DNA of 64,000 nucleotides from an uncultured Dehalococcoidia bacterium (GTDB lineage: Bacteria > Chloroflexota > Dehalococcoidia > Lucifugimonadales > UBA3495), in the NCBI GenBank assembly GCA_950072105.1, contig CATMOE010000001.1, forward strand, positions 64,001 to 128,000, given 5' to 3'. Positions 18,791 through 28,646 of the stretch are shown piece after piece. Within the stretch, counting starts at the first letter, position 1; each line of letters starts with the position of its first letter. A program made the translations under genes and the position numbers. The notes under the pieces are model-generated. The model worked only from the letters and a program-made list of their open reading frames with translations, did no database searches and was not told the origin of the DNA.

Positions 18791-20230
18791 TCAGCACCCC
18801 GGCCGGGCCAGGATGCCGGGGGAGACCTTCCGGCTCAGCCATCGGCCGTCTGGCGTGTCACCCGATAACTTGCCGTCTTCAACTATCACTTTGCCCCTTA
18901 AGATCGTCATCACCGGATAGCCCTGACACTCGAACCCCTCCCATATGGAGTAGTCCGAGTCGGAGTGCAGATCATCCAGCGTGAGTTTCTTGTTCAAATT
19001 GGGATCATAGACGACGATGTCGGCGTCGCTGCCCACCGCGATGGCGCCCTTTTGTGGGTACATGCCCAGTATCTTGGCCGCGTTGCTGGACGTGATGGCG
19101 GCGAACCGCTCCAGCGATATCCGGCCGGTGGCCACCAGCTTGGTGTAGGTTACCGGCAGCCGGGTTTCGATTCCGTTGTGCCCGCCGCACACTGTTTCAA
19201 TCGTGTTGCCGGACATCTTTACGTCTTTATAAGTGGTGTACTCGTCGGTGGCGGTGGTGCACAGAGAGCCATCCGCCAGGCCTTCCTGCAGGGCGTCCCG
19301 GTCGTCGGGGTATTTGATGGCAGGGTAGGTGTGGATAGCCGTGCCGATGGGTTTCTGGTAGTCCTCGCAGGTGAACTCCAGGTAGTTGTGCAGGGCCTCG
19401 CCGTACACCGGTTGCTGCTGAAGCCTGGCCTCGGCGATGGCCGCCACTCCTTCTTTGGCCGTGGTGTGGACGAAGTAGATCCCCGTTTCGGTATGCTTGG
19501 CCAGACGAAGTATCTGGCGAAAGGCTATGTCTTCCGAGATATTGTTGTGGACCAGATGGAGATTGTAACCCTGGTCCCGGCCTTCCCGTTTAAGCTTCTC
19601 CTCCATGTAGGTCACAATGTCGTCGTCTTCGGCATGGACGGCCATGATGCCACCATGATGCGACACCTGCTGAAATATCTCCCACAGGTGACCGTAGGGC
19701 GTGCGGGCGGCATTAAAGGTGGTGAAAATCTTGAAGCTGGCGACGCCGTTCTGAATGGCCTCCCCTATCTGCCCGATCGTAGCTGGGGAAGTAGCCCCGG
19801 CCAGGATGAAATGGAAAGCGAAATCGGTGTAGGAATGACCGGCGAAAGCTTCGCGGCGTTCCTCAATCTGCTTCATGATAGGGTCGGTGGTTGGGGATTC
19901 TCCGGGTGTTATCGCCAGTTTTCCGGCGAAGTCGATCAACGTGGTAACACCACCAAAGGCAGCGGCCCGGCTGGCGGCTTCGGGCGGTTGGGTGATAACC
20001 TCAGACCGCCCGGCCCATAGTTTGGGGACGGGGATTCCGATGTGGGTGTGCGGCTCGATCCCGCCGGGAAGCACTATCATTCCGGTCGCGTCGATCATTC
20101 TACCTGCTTCGCCACCCAGCGTTCCCGGCGCGGCGACAACGGCGATGCGCCCATCCTGAATTCCAACGTCCAGGTCCGAGGCCCCTTCCGGCGCAACCAC
20201 CTGACCCCCACGGATAATCATGTCCAGCAT
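18791..20230 (-). CDS. Dihydropyrimidinase/hydantoinase-like cyclic amidohydrolase
   Basis: LPGGIEPHTH, AAAFGGVTT, SFK, VHAE, KGAIAVGSDAD. Confidence 0.85.
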   Translation of the reverse strand: MLDMIIRGGQVVAPEGASDLDVGIQDGRIAVVAAPGTLGGEAGRMIDATGMIVLPGGIEPHTHIGIPVPKLWAGRSEVITQPPEAASRAAAFGGVTTLIDFAGKLAITPGESPTTDPIMKQIEERREAFAGHSYTDFAFHFILAGATSPATIGQIGEAIQNGVASFKIFTTFNAARTPYGHLWEIFQQVSHHGGIMAVHAEDDDIVTYMEEKLKREGRDQGYNLHLVHNNISEDIAFRQILRLAKHTETGIYFVHTTAKEGVAAIAEARLQQQPVYGEALHNYLEFTCEDYQKPIGTAIHTYPAIKYPDDRDALQEGLADGSLCTTATDEYTTYKDVKMSGNTIETVCGGHNGIETRLPVTYTKLVATGRISLERFAAITSSNAAKILGMYPQKGAIAVGSDADIVVYDPNLNKKLTLDDLHSDSDYSIWEGFECQGYPVMTILRGKVIVEDGKLSGDTPDGRWLSRKVSPGILARPGC

Positions 20231-20258
20231 GGTATTCCTCACTTTTAGTCGATCGCCT

Positions 20259-20951
20259 TTATTCTATCGTTACCGGTGCGGCGAGAGTGGCCGGTATCCA
20301 ATCGCTAAGCAGTTGCTCCAGGTCGTCCCGGCATTCCTCCAAACGGTGTTCCGCGCCATCATAGAGTACGAGTTGTTTCGGCTCCAACGCCCGGCCGTAG
20401 ATCTGCTGGGAGCAGGAAAAGGAAAGACGGGTATCGCTCTTTCCGTGAACCAATAGGAGAGGCCGCGGCGATAATTGACCCACCGCCTCGGAGCCGTAGG
20501 TCTGGGACGAAAGGCATACCACCCCTTTGACGTGGGAATTCACCGCGCCGCCTGCGATGACCACCGCCCCTCCGAAGGAGTGCCCCACCACTACGACCGG
20601 CTCGTAATCCTGCCCCTTGAAGTAAGCGACTCCGGCCATCAGGTCCAAAACGCATTCGGGCAGATTGTTAGGGTCCCGGTAATCCAGCCGCAGCGACGTT
20701 ATTCCCTGCCCGGTGAACTGCTCGGCCAGCCGCATGTAGGTGCCTGGTCCCGGCCCGCCAAATCCACCCCGGGCTCCGCACACCCAGACCACTCCAAGTT
20801 TGGCCTCTTCGGCCCGGTGCACGATAATGGGGATGTCGCCCCGGCTGGTTTGGATGACCAGAGGTTCCCCGGTCTGCCCTTCCGGCAACGTTCCTTCGGT
20901 GATTCCCTGAATGCTCATGGCGATACTTTTGTCTGCGGCTGGTTGAGTCAT
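20259..20951 (-). CDS. Alpha/beta hydrolase
   Basis: GHSFGG nucleophile elbow, HGKSD, GAEH. Confidence 0.8.
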   Translation of the reverse strand: MTQPAADKSIAMSIQGITEGTLPEGQTGEPLVIQTSRGDIPIIVHRAEEAKLGVVWVCGARGGFGGPGPGTYMRLAEQFTGQGITSLRLDYRDPNNLPECVLDLMAGVAYFKGQDYEPVVVVGHSFGGAVVIAGGAVNSHVKGVVCLSSQTYGSEAVGQLSPRPLLLVHGKSDTRLSFSCSQQIYGRALEPKQLVLYDGAEHRLEECRDDLEQLLSDWIPATLAAPVTIE

Positions 20952-21018
20952 GGGACACCTGTGTTTAGAGAGATTGCTGATTCTGACTCTGACGGATGCG
21001 GGTGATGGGAGATGTGAG

Positions 21019-21052
21019 AAATCCCCCCAACCCCCCTTGACGAAAGGGGGGC
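21019..21052. repeat. REP-like palindromic element, family A (AAATCCCCCC.ACCCCCCTT...AAGGGGG)
   Basis: CCCCCCTT-GACGA-AAGGGGGG hairpin; reverse-complement copies at 49129-49159 and 49190-49220. Confidence 0.7.
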
Positions 21053-21087
21053 TTTTGTCATGGGGATATGCACTGATCAAAGGGAGT

Positions 21088-21927
21088 TTATTTTAGAAAA
21101 GCACCGACGGCGGCGTTAAAGTCGGAGGGATTGTCTTCGAAGACCATGTGTCCGGACCGGGGGATCTCCGCGATCTGGGCCTTGGGCATCACTTCTACCA
21201 TACGTTGAGCCGTTTCGACGGTGAGGATGTCGGTCTCGGCGCCTCGAACAATCAAGGTCGGGCAGTTGATTTTAGGGATCTCAGGCCACAGGTCCTGGTT
21301 TGGCGGCACTGTTCCTTGACGGCGCGCCTCCCGTATGGCCAGATCGTATTTCCAGCCAATCTTTCCGTTGGAGAGCAGCTTGGTGGCATAGGTTAGCCGT
21401 CGGCGTATAACGGCATCGGAAGCGAAGCGGTTCTGCTTGGTCATGTACTCGACCACGGCCTCAAAGGAGTCGAACTCCTCGGGAACCTCAACGAGTTCAC
21501 GGCTGATGCGCTGGCCACCCTCCCGGTTAATGTCGGGACCCATGTCGACCAAGATGAGCTTTACCAGCTTCTCCGGGTGGCGGGAAGCGAAAGTCATACC
21601 GTTGCGGGCCCCCATAGAATGGCCGCAGAGGATGAATGAGTTAAGACCCAGGGCATCGCAGAAGCCTTCCAAGTCGGCCACGTAGGCATCTGTGTCATAG
21701 TCGCCGTCCGGAGCCCAATCGGTGTCTCCCCTTCCCCGTTGGTCCAGGGAGAGAACGTGGAAGTCCTGGCAGAGGGATGTTGAAACGTCGTCCCAGGAAT
21801 GGGCATGGCCCCTAAGACCGTGGATCATAACCAGCGTAGGCTTCCCGGTGTTGCCCCAATCCAAGTAGTGCAGGCTCAGCCCGTTGGCGTTTACGGTTTT
21901 GTCCTGGGGTTGTACCTGTGTCGTCAT
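21088..21927 (-). CDS. Alpha/beta hydrolase (MhpC-like)
   Basis: HGLRG, DQRGRG, GHSMG, catalytic D and SGH. Confidence 0.88.
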   Translation of the reverse strand: MTTQVQPQDKTVNANGLSLHYLDWGNTGKPTLVMIHGLRGHAHSWDDVSTSLCQDFHVLSLDQRGRGDTDWAPDGDYDTDAYVADLEGFCDALGLNSFILCGHSMGARNGMTFASRHPEKLVKLILVDMGPDINREGGQRISRELVEVPEEFDSFEAVVEYMTKQNRFASDAVIRRRLTYATKLLSNGKIGWKYDLAIREARRQGTVPPNQDLWPEIPKINCPTLIVRGAETDILTVETAQRMVEVMPKAQIAEIPRSGHMVFEDNPSDFNAAVGAFLK

Positions 21928-22060
21928 CTCGCACCCTCCCTCTAAGGATAAATTGGAATCAAATTTGGTTGCCACAGTTTAGCACAGGGTTGGGTGGGTG
22001 GAGATGGATTGGAGGTGCTGATCAAACGGTGGCTCTCGTCCATGGCTGATGCCCGCTGCG

Positions 22061-22417
22061 CTATTGTCCCCAATCGGGGTTGACGGCCGAGCTGCCACTG
22101 GTGATTTGGACCTGGTTAGAACCGTCAGATTTCATCACGTAGATATCCCATCCGCCGGGACCGGTGTCGCGGGATCTGTCAAATGCGATATAGGTTCCGT
22201 CTGGCGACCAGAAAGGGTTTGCATCACGAGCGTTGATTTTCCCAGAGTTATCAGTAAGCATCACGATATTGGTTCCGTCAGAGTTTAGGACGTAAATATC
22301 CCCGCCACTTTGATATGCTATTTTTGAACCGTCAGGCGACCAGGAAGACCTTCCAATCGACCCTTCAAGGGATGTCAGTTTCACGGCATTGGAGCCATCG
22401 TCGTTAATTACGTGCAT
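22061..22417 (-). pseudogene. Truncated TolB-like/PD40 beta-propeller fragment
   Basis: Only about 3 WSPDG-type repeats, no signal peptide, begins 13 nt after the leuS stop. Confidence 0.6.
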
Positions 22418-22430
22418 GATCGCTAGAGGC

Positions 22431-24932
22431 CTACTGCACCACCAAATTGACCAGGCGTCCGGGGACGAAGATGGTCTTGCTCACCGATTTGCCGTCGGTA
22501 TAAGACTTGACCCGGGGGCTGGCCAGAGCTAGTTCCTGGGCCGCGGCCTCTTCGATACCGGCGGGTACTTCCAGCTTGTCGCGCACTTTGCCGTTGACCT
22601 GCACCACTAACGTGATGGTATCCTCGGCGGCCAGGTCATCGTCCCAGCTGGGAAACGCTTGCTGGTGGATACTGTAGGCATGGCCGGTGCGCTCCCACAA
22701 CTCCTCAGTGACGTGGGGGGCGATAGGCGCCAGCATGAGCAGGAAGTTCTCTATGCACTCCCGCCAGGTGGCCGAATCGATGCTGGATTCCGCCCAAACC
22801 CGATTCAAGTGATTAGCAAGCTCCATCAGACTGGCGATGGCGGTGTTGAACTTGAATCTGTCCAGGTCGTTGTGGCACCTTCGAATGGTTTGATGTAGGA
22901 CGCGCAGCGTCTCTCGCCTTTTGTCATCGGTTATAGCTGTAGCCCGGGCCACCTCTTGACGCTCCCCATCCAAGTCGGCTGGGTCCCGGACCACGATGTC
23001 CCAGACCCGGTTCAGCCAGCGGGCGACGCCGTTGATGCCGACCTCGCTCCAGGGCCCCCCTTGGTCCCACGGTCCAATAAACATCATGAAACAGCGAACC
23101 GCGTCCGCTCCCAAACCTTCTACAACTTCATCGGGGTTCACCACGTTACCCCGGCTCTTGCTCATCTTCTCGTGGTCTTCTCCCAAGATCACACCCTGGT
23201 TGAACAGGCGTAGAAAGGGCTCCTCAAAGTCCACTACTCCCATGTCGTGCAGACCTTTGATGAAGAACCTGGAGTAAAGAAGGTGCATCACCGCGTGCTC
23301 GGCGCCCCCGGTATACTGGTCCACGGGCAGCCAGTCCTTGACCGCCGGGTCGAAGGGTCCTTCACTGTAGCCGGGACTGAGGTACCGCAACATATACCAG
23401 GAGGAGTCGAAGAAGGTGTCCATGGTATCGGTTTCGCGCCGGGCGGGACCGCCACAGCGATAACAGGTGGTGTTCAAAAAGCCGGCGTTGGAAGCCAAGG
23501 GCGACCCCTCGCCGGTGGGGATATATTCGGCGTCGGTGGGCAGCAAGACCGGCAATTCATCTTCAGGCACCGGAACGATGCCGCACTTGTCGCAATACAC
23601 CACCGGTATGGGAGTCCCCCAATAGCGCTGCCGAGAGACCAGCCAGTCCCGCATCCGGTAGGAAACGGTGCGGCTACCCCACCCCTTTTTCTCGATGTCC
23701 GCGGAGATGGCCTCGATTCCTTCCTCGTCGGTCATACCGTCGTAAGCCTCCGAGTTGGTCATGAATCCGCCGCCCAGGTAGGCTTCGGTCAATTCGCTGC
23801 CATCCCAGGAAATGGGCGCCACGACGATGCGGACGGGTAACCAGTATCTCTGGGCGAAAACGAAGTCCCGAGAGTCGTGGGCCGGCACCCCCATGACTGC
23901 TCCGGTCCCGTACGTCATCAACACGTAGTCTCCGATATAGATCGGCACCTTCTCACCGTTGAGCCGGTTGATCGCGTACGATCCAGTGAACACCCCAGTC
24001 TTGTCGGTTTCCGTGGACAGCCGGTCGATCTCCGAGGTCTTCCGGGCTCGGTCAATGTAAACTTCAACGGCTTCGCGATGTTCCTCGGTGGTCAAGTCCG
24101 CTACCAAGGGATGCTCGGGCGCCAACACGATGAATGTAACGCCAAATATCGTGTCGATGCGGGTGGTGAAAGTGGAGATGTCCTTTTGTTCCAAGCCCTT
24201 GTCTGAAATATCGAAGGAGATTTCCACTCCCTCGCTTCGGCCGATCCAGTTCGTTTGCATGGTCAATATCTTGTTGGGCCAGTCCAACAGACCGCTGAAG
24301 TCCAACAACCGGTCGGCGTACTGAGTGATGCGGAAGAACCACTGCTCCAGGTCCCTTCGCGTGATGGTCGTACCACACCGCTCGCAGTTCCCATTGATCA
24401 CTTGCTCGTTGGCCAGCACGGTCTGACAGGAGGGGCACCACACAACCGGGGCTTTCGCACGATAGGCCAAGCCCTGATGGAAGAACTTGAGGAAGAGCCA
24501 CTGGTTCCAGCGGTAATACTCGGGCAGGCAGCAAACGATCTCCCGGTCCCAATCGTAGATCGCCCCGATGGAACGGAGCTGCTTGCGCATGTTTTCGATG
24601 TTGCTCATGGTCCAGGAATAGGGATGAACTCCCCGGCTTATCGCGGCATTCTCCGCCGGCAATCCGAAGGCGTCGAAACCGATGGGATGAAGGACGTTGT
24701 ATCCCTGCATCCGCCGGAAACGGGCGTGACAGTCGGCAGGAGCCATGGCGTACCAGTGGCCGATATGCAGATCCCCGGACGGATAGGGGTACATCGTCAT
24801 TTCGTACCACTTGGGCCGGGGATCGTCGTTGTCTACCCGATGCAAACCGTCTTTATCCCACCGATCTTGCCACTTACGGTCGATCTCCTTCGGGTCGTAG
24901 CGCAACTCCACGTGTCGCCTGGCTTCCGCCAT
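22431..24932 (-). CDS. leuS: Leucine--tRNA ligase
   Basis: MYPYPSGDLHIGH, editing domain GTGAVMGVPAHD, KMSKS, VQVNGKVR. Confidence 0.97.
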   Translation of the reverse strand: MAEARRHVELRYDPKEIDRKWQDRWDKDGLHRVDNDDPRPKWYEMTMYPYPSGDLHIGHWYAMAPADCHARFRRMQGYNVLHPIGFDAFGLPAENAAISRGVHPYSWTMSNIENMRKQLRSIGAIYDWDREIVCCLPEYYRWNQWLFLKFFHQGLAYRAKAPVVWCPSCQTVLANEQVINGNCERCGTTITRRDLEQWFFRITQYADRLLDFSGLLDWPNKILTMQTNWIGRSEGVEISFDISDKGLEQKDISTFTTRIDTIFGVTFIVLAPEHPLVADLTTEEHREAVEVYIDRARKTSEIDRLSTETDKTGVFTGSYAINRLNGEKVPIYIGDYVLMTYGTGAVMGVPAHDSRDFVFAQRYWLPVRIVVAPISWDGSELTEAYLGGGFMTNSEAYDGMTDEEGIEAISADIEKKGWGSRTVSYRMRDWLVSRQRYWGTPIPVVYCDKCGIVPVPEDELPVLLPTDAEYIPTGEGSPLASNAGFLNTTCYRCGGPARRETDTMDTFFDSSWYMLRYLSPGYSEGPFDPAVKDWLPVDQYTGGAEHAVMHLLYSRFFIKGLHDMGVVDFEEPFLRLFNQGVILGEDHEKMSKSRGNVVNPDEVVEGLGADAVRCFMMFIGPWDQGGPWSEVGINGVARWLNRVWDIVVRDPADLDGERQEVARATAITDDKRRETLRVLHQTIRRCHNDLDRFKFNTAIASLMELANHLNRVWAESSIDSATWRECIENFLLMLAPIAPHVTEELWERTGHAYSIHQQAFPSWDDDLAAEDTITLVVQVNGKVRDKLEVPAGIEEAAAQELALASPRVKSYTDGKSVSKTIFVPGRLVNLVVQ

Positions 24933-25069
24933 AAATAGTCACCTCGGATGTGCTTGGACTTGCCAAACATCTTAGCATAGATACGTTTTAGGATAGACGC
25001 CGCCGCAGCGAACGCACTTGTATCTCTGGGGCGCCGGTTCATTTCTCGGAGATTGGCCCTCCCTGGTTA

Positions 25070-25098
25070 TTGACTTGCCGGCCACAAGCTACTAGAAT
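25070..25098 (+). promoter_or_regulatory. Sigma70-type promoter upstream of the K+ uptake operon
   Basis: TTGACT-N17-TAGAAT. Confidence 0.7.
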
Positions 25099-25104
25099 CC
25101 CACT

Positions 25105-25268
25105 GATTCGCTAGAGGTCATCCTGACCGGCCGTTCCACTGCGGCGTACGCTTCGTCGATCTAACCACAAAAACGCACCGAAATGTCCCCCCAACTTCTC
25201 ACAGTTCTTCCTTTATTTAACTGCCGAGCTTTTGCGCGTTTTTGCGTGACCGGGATGGCTCTGGATCA
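25105..25268 (+). ncRNA. Candidate structured RNA leader or ncRNA upstream of ktrB
   Basis: GTCATCCTG/CGGGATGGC and CTAGA/TCTGG end-to-end pairing; internal GCCGT/GCGGC, AAAAACGC/GCGTTTTT and CAGTT/AACTG stems. Confidence 0.35.
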
Positions 25269-25333
25269 AGTTATGTTCTTGACGCCCCGAGACCGGGCCA
25301 ACCCACAGATTTTAGTCTTCCGGAAATAGACTG

Positions 25334-26806
25334 TTGCTAAACCGTAGGTCCAGGCCCAGAGAGACAGTGATCCGTCAGACACGGCCCAGAGACGTGCGAC
25401 GGTCGGTGGCCCACCTCGCGCCCGACCGAAGACCTCCCCGGGCTTTGAGCACTCCTTATATCCTCCTCTTGGGCTTCGTTCTCTTAATTATAGTTGGCGG
25501 CCTACTTTTGGCGCTGCCCATCGCCAATCATCAAAACGAATTCACTTCCTTGGATATCTCCTTCTTCACGGCCATATCCGCCGTAACCGTCACCGGCCAC
25601 ACGGTGGTGCCGACCAGCACTTATTGGAGCGTATTTGGACAAGGCGTTATATTCCTGTTGATGTTGGTCGGGGGGCTGGGATTCATGGTGGTCAGCACCT
25701 TCCTGTTATTAGTGATCGGACAGCGGTCTACTCTCCAGGAACGGTTGATGTCCAGCGGGTTTATGCGTGACACGGTGGGAGTGGAAGGAATGCAGGGGCT
25801 GAGACGTATCGGCCGCAACGTTGTGCTGATGGTGTTCGCTCTGTACGTCCTGGGGACTATGGGCATCTTCTGGCAGGTGCAGGGCCTGGACGGGATGGGA
25901 TTTGGGGAGTCATTGTGGAACTCCACTTTCTTGTCGGTATCGGCATTCAATAATGCCGGGTTCAATATCTTGCCGGAGTTACCCACGGGTAGCAGCTTAG
26001 CTAGGTTCGCCACCAACCCCATCCTGCTACTCATGACCACGGTCCTGATAGTCTTGGGAGGCTTGGGATGGACCGTGCTGTTGGACATCTACCGTAACCG
26101 GCGATTCCCCCGGTTGGGCCTGGACGCCAAACTCGTGGTCGTCACTAGCCTGGCCCTGTGGGGATTTGGCGCCGGTGTGCTGCTTATAGCGGAATTTTCT
26201 AATCCAGAGACTCTGGGCAGCTTGAATTGGGTGGACCGGGTGACGGGAGCGGTATTCGGCTCGGCCAGCGGCAGAACGGCAGGGTTTACCACGATAGACT
26301 TCGGTGATGTTCGAGACATTACCAAGCTGACCTATACAGGATTGATGTTCATCGGTGGTGGTGCGGGCTCTGTGGCCGGCGGGATCAAGGTCGTTACTTT
26401 CGCTGTAATCGTCGCCGCGGTGGTTTCTTCCTTGCGGGGCCGCTCCCATGCCGAAGCATTTGGGCGCGAGATCCATCAATCCCAGCTTCATAGAGCTTTG
26501 GCCGTGGCCGTTTTGGGTATTGGGCTCTCCATGCTGCTGGTAGCGATCCTGACATTAACGGAAAGGGACGTCTTGATCGAAAAGGGTATCTCGTTCGTGG
26601 ACCTGCTGTTCGACACGGTTTCCGCCTTGGGCACCACTGGAGCTTCAACGGGGATCGTGCCTGATCTCACCGTCGGCGGAAAGGCTATATTCATGGTGGC
26701 GATGTTTGTCGGTAGATTGGGCCCGGTGACGCTGGCATTGACATTGGTCCCCAGGGAGGAGGCCACGGTATACCGCTTTGTCCGGGAAAGGGTTAAAATA
26801 GGCTAG
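25334..26806 (+). CDS. ktrB: KtrB/TrkH family K+ uptake membrane subunit
   Basis: Four P-loop motifs SAVTVTG, SAFNNAGF, RTAGF, SALGTTG; MFVGRLGP. Confidence 0.9.
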   Translation: MLNRRSRPRETVIRQTRPRDVRRSVAHLAPDRRPPRALSTPYILLLGFVLLIIVGGLLLALPIANHQNEFTSLDISFFTAISAVTVTGHTVVPTSTYWSVFGQGVIFLLMLVGGLGFMVVSTFLLLVIGQRSTLQERLMSSGFMRDTVGVEGMQGLRRIGRNVVLMVFALYVLGTMGIFWQVQGLDGMGFGESLWNSTFLSVSAFNNAGFNILPELPTGSSLARFATNPILLLMTTVLIVLGGLGWTVLLDIYRNRRFPRLGLDAKLVVVTSLALWGFGAGVLLIAEFSNPETLGSLNWVDRVTGAVFGSASGRTAGFTTIDFGDVRDITKLTYTGLMFIGGGAGSVAGGIKVVTFAVIVAAVVSSLRGRSHAEAFGREIHQSQLHRALAVAVLGIGLSMLLVAILTLTERDVLIEKGISFVDLLFDTVSALGTTGASTGIVPDLTVGGKAIFMVAMFVGRLGPVTLALTLVPREEATVYRFVRERVKIG

Positions 26807-26826
26807 TGCCAGGATAACGGAGGGAA

Positions 26827-27552
26827 TTGGTGAAGAAACAAGTCTGCGTCATCGGTTTGGGCCGTTTTGGCGCCACAGTGGCCCGTGAACTGTTCCAATC
26901 GGGTCACGATGTCTTGGCGATCGATATCGACGAAGCTAAGATTCAGGATACGTTGGGCCACGTAACCTATGCGGTCAGAGCGGACGCCACCAACGAATCG
27001 GTGCTAAAAGAGTTGGACGTGGCCGACTTCGACGTGGCGGTCGTGGCCTTGGGCAACGACAACGCCCAGGGCAGCATCCTGGTTACTTCTCTTCTTAAAA
27101 GCATCGGTCTGCCCTTTATCATCGCCAGGGCAGCGGACGAGTTGCACGGAGATATTCTTGAAAGAATAGGCGCCGACAAAGTAGTTTTCCCCGAGATGGA
27201 AAGCGCCCGCCGGGCAGCCCACGTCGGTTTCGACTCCGGCGTGGTGGACTACATGCCGATCATCCCCAACTTCGGCATCACCAAGGTCCATCCCCCAGAG
27301 GAGATGTTTCGCCATACTCTGCAAGAAGTGGGCCTAGGCGGAGGATCTGGGAACAAGTACGATATCTCCGTCTTGGCCATACGGCGGGGCCGCAGTTACG
27401 TGTTGCATCCGGCCAATGATGAGGAGATCAAGCCTGGCGACGTTTTGATCGTAGCCGGCACCAACGAGCATGTAGGCCACCTGTACGATCTGGCCCGTGA
27501 CCTACCACCCCCTGTTCCAACAGAAAGGAGCGAGGTGCGCACCGCGAGTTGA
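26827..27552 (+). CDS. ktrA: KtrA/TrkA RCK regulatory subunit
   Basis: VIGLGRFG Rossmann motif, IGADKVVFPE, TrkA-C domain. Confidence 0.88.
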   Translation: MVKKQVCVIGLGRFGATVARELFQSGHDVLAIDIDEAKIQDTLGHVTYAVRADATNESVLKELDVADFDVAVVALGNDNAQGSILVTSLLKSIGLPFIIARAADELHGDILERIGADKVVFPEMESARRAAHVGFDSGVVDYMPIIPNFGITKVHPPEEMFRHTLQEVGLGGGSGNKYDISVLAIRRGRSYVLHPANDEEIKPGDVLIVAGTNEHVGHLYDLARDLPPPVPTERSEVRTAS

Positions 27553-27688
27553 TTCGATGCCGCGCGTCAGATTCCGGCAGATCTCAATCTCCGCTCAAAG
27601 TCACTCACTTTCGATGCCCTATGCTATTTCATGATTCGCCACAATCCTCAGTCCAGCCCGATTCGTTTTGAACGGTCGCGATTCATGC

Positions 27689-27717
27689 TTGATTTGCCCG
27701 CACTCAGTGTTTATAAT
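27689..27717 (+). promoter_or_regulatory. Sigma70-type promoter of usp-trkA-trkA-pheA
   Basis: TTGATT-N17-TATAAT. Confidence 0.65.
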
Positions 27718-27766
27718 CTGCCGTTGACGTTTCACTGCGTCAATCGCTGCCAGTCTTGGAGGCTGT

Positions 27767-28225
27767 GTGTCCGGAGTTAAATTCGACGCTAATCGAATCC
27801 TGGTGCCGGTCAATGGAGACAAGGCCAGTGAGCACGTATTTCGCTGGGCTTGCCAGTTGGCGCGCCAATCCAAAGCCCACCTCCACGCGGTCTACGTCAT
27901 TGAAGTACCTTTGGAGATGCCCTTGGAATCGGAGATTGGCGAGGCCACCGATCGGGGCGAGGAGATCCTGGCCCGTATCGAAGTTATCGCCTCTGAAGAA
28001 AAGTTGAAGGACGTCCACGCCAGGTCCTTAAGAGCCAGACACGCCGGACCTGCCATAGTCATGGAGGCCGAAGACCGCCAGATGGACGCAGTCATCCTGG
28101 GGGTCCCCTACCGCCGGCGCTTTGGCTCCTGCACCTTGGGAACGACCTCCAGCTACATCTTCAACAATGCTCCTTGTCAGGTCATTTTCTGGCGGGAACG
28201 CGCCCCTACCCCAGTGCTTGCCTAA
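27767..28225 (+). CDS. Universal stress protein
   Basis: RILVPVNG, DAVILG...LGTTSSYIFNNAPCQV. Confidence 0.85.
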   Translation: MSGVKFDANRILVPVNGDKASEHVFRWACQLARQSKAHLHAVYVIEVPLEMPLESEIGEATDRGEEILARIEVIASEEKLKDVHARSLRARHAGPAIVMEAEDRQMDAVILGVPYRRRFGSCTLGTTSSYIFNNAPCQVIFWRERAPTPVLA

Positions 28226-28234
28226 GGCTGCTCC

Positions 28235-28636
28235 ATGCGGGTATTGATTCTGGGATGCGGTAGATTAACCACCACCCTGGTACCAGACTTGGCTGGCAAC
28301 GGCACGGAAATCACCATTCTGTCCCGCGACCGCGAATGCTTGGAATCCGTGTCCGACATCCCCGGTGTGGAAGTTGTGCTGACCATAGAGCCCACCATGC
28401 AGGACTACCTGCAGTTGGCCGGCGTAGATACCACGGACATCTTTTTGGCCTTGTCCGATGACGATCACCGTAACGCTCTTACCGCCCAGATCGCCCGCCA
28501 CATCTTCAACGTGCCAAAAGTGATCTGTCACCTGGACAACCCCCAACTCCAGATTCTATATGCCGGCCTGGGACTGGATGTGGTGGGGTATTCCTTCGGG
28601 CTCCTGCAGGATATCCGGCAGTCCATAGAGAAGTGA
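28235..28636 (+). CDS. TrkA-N (RCK) domain protein
   Basis: ILGCGRL, DDHRN, FNVPKVI; single RCK-N domain. Confidence 0.8.
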   Translation: MRVLILGCGRLTTTLVPDLAGNGTEITILSRDRECLESVSDIPGVEVVLTIEPTMQDYLQLAGVDTTDIFLALSDDDHRNALTAQIARHIFNVPKVICHLDNPQLQILYAGLGLDVVGYSFGLLQDIRQSIEK

Positions 28637-28646
28637 ACCACATCTG

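Noticed and set aside
18965..20020. 351-aa antisense ORF and the many other long overlapping ORFs in the track
   Set aside because: Shadow ORFs of well-supported genes in GC-rich DNA; no motifs
25105..25268. c-di-AMP (ydaO) riboswitch or T-box for leuS
   Set aside because: Consensus motifs were not seen; kept only as an unclassified structured-RNA candidate
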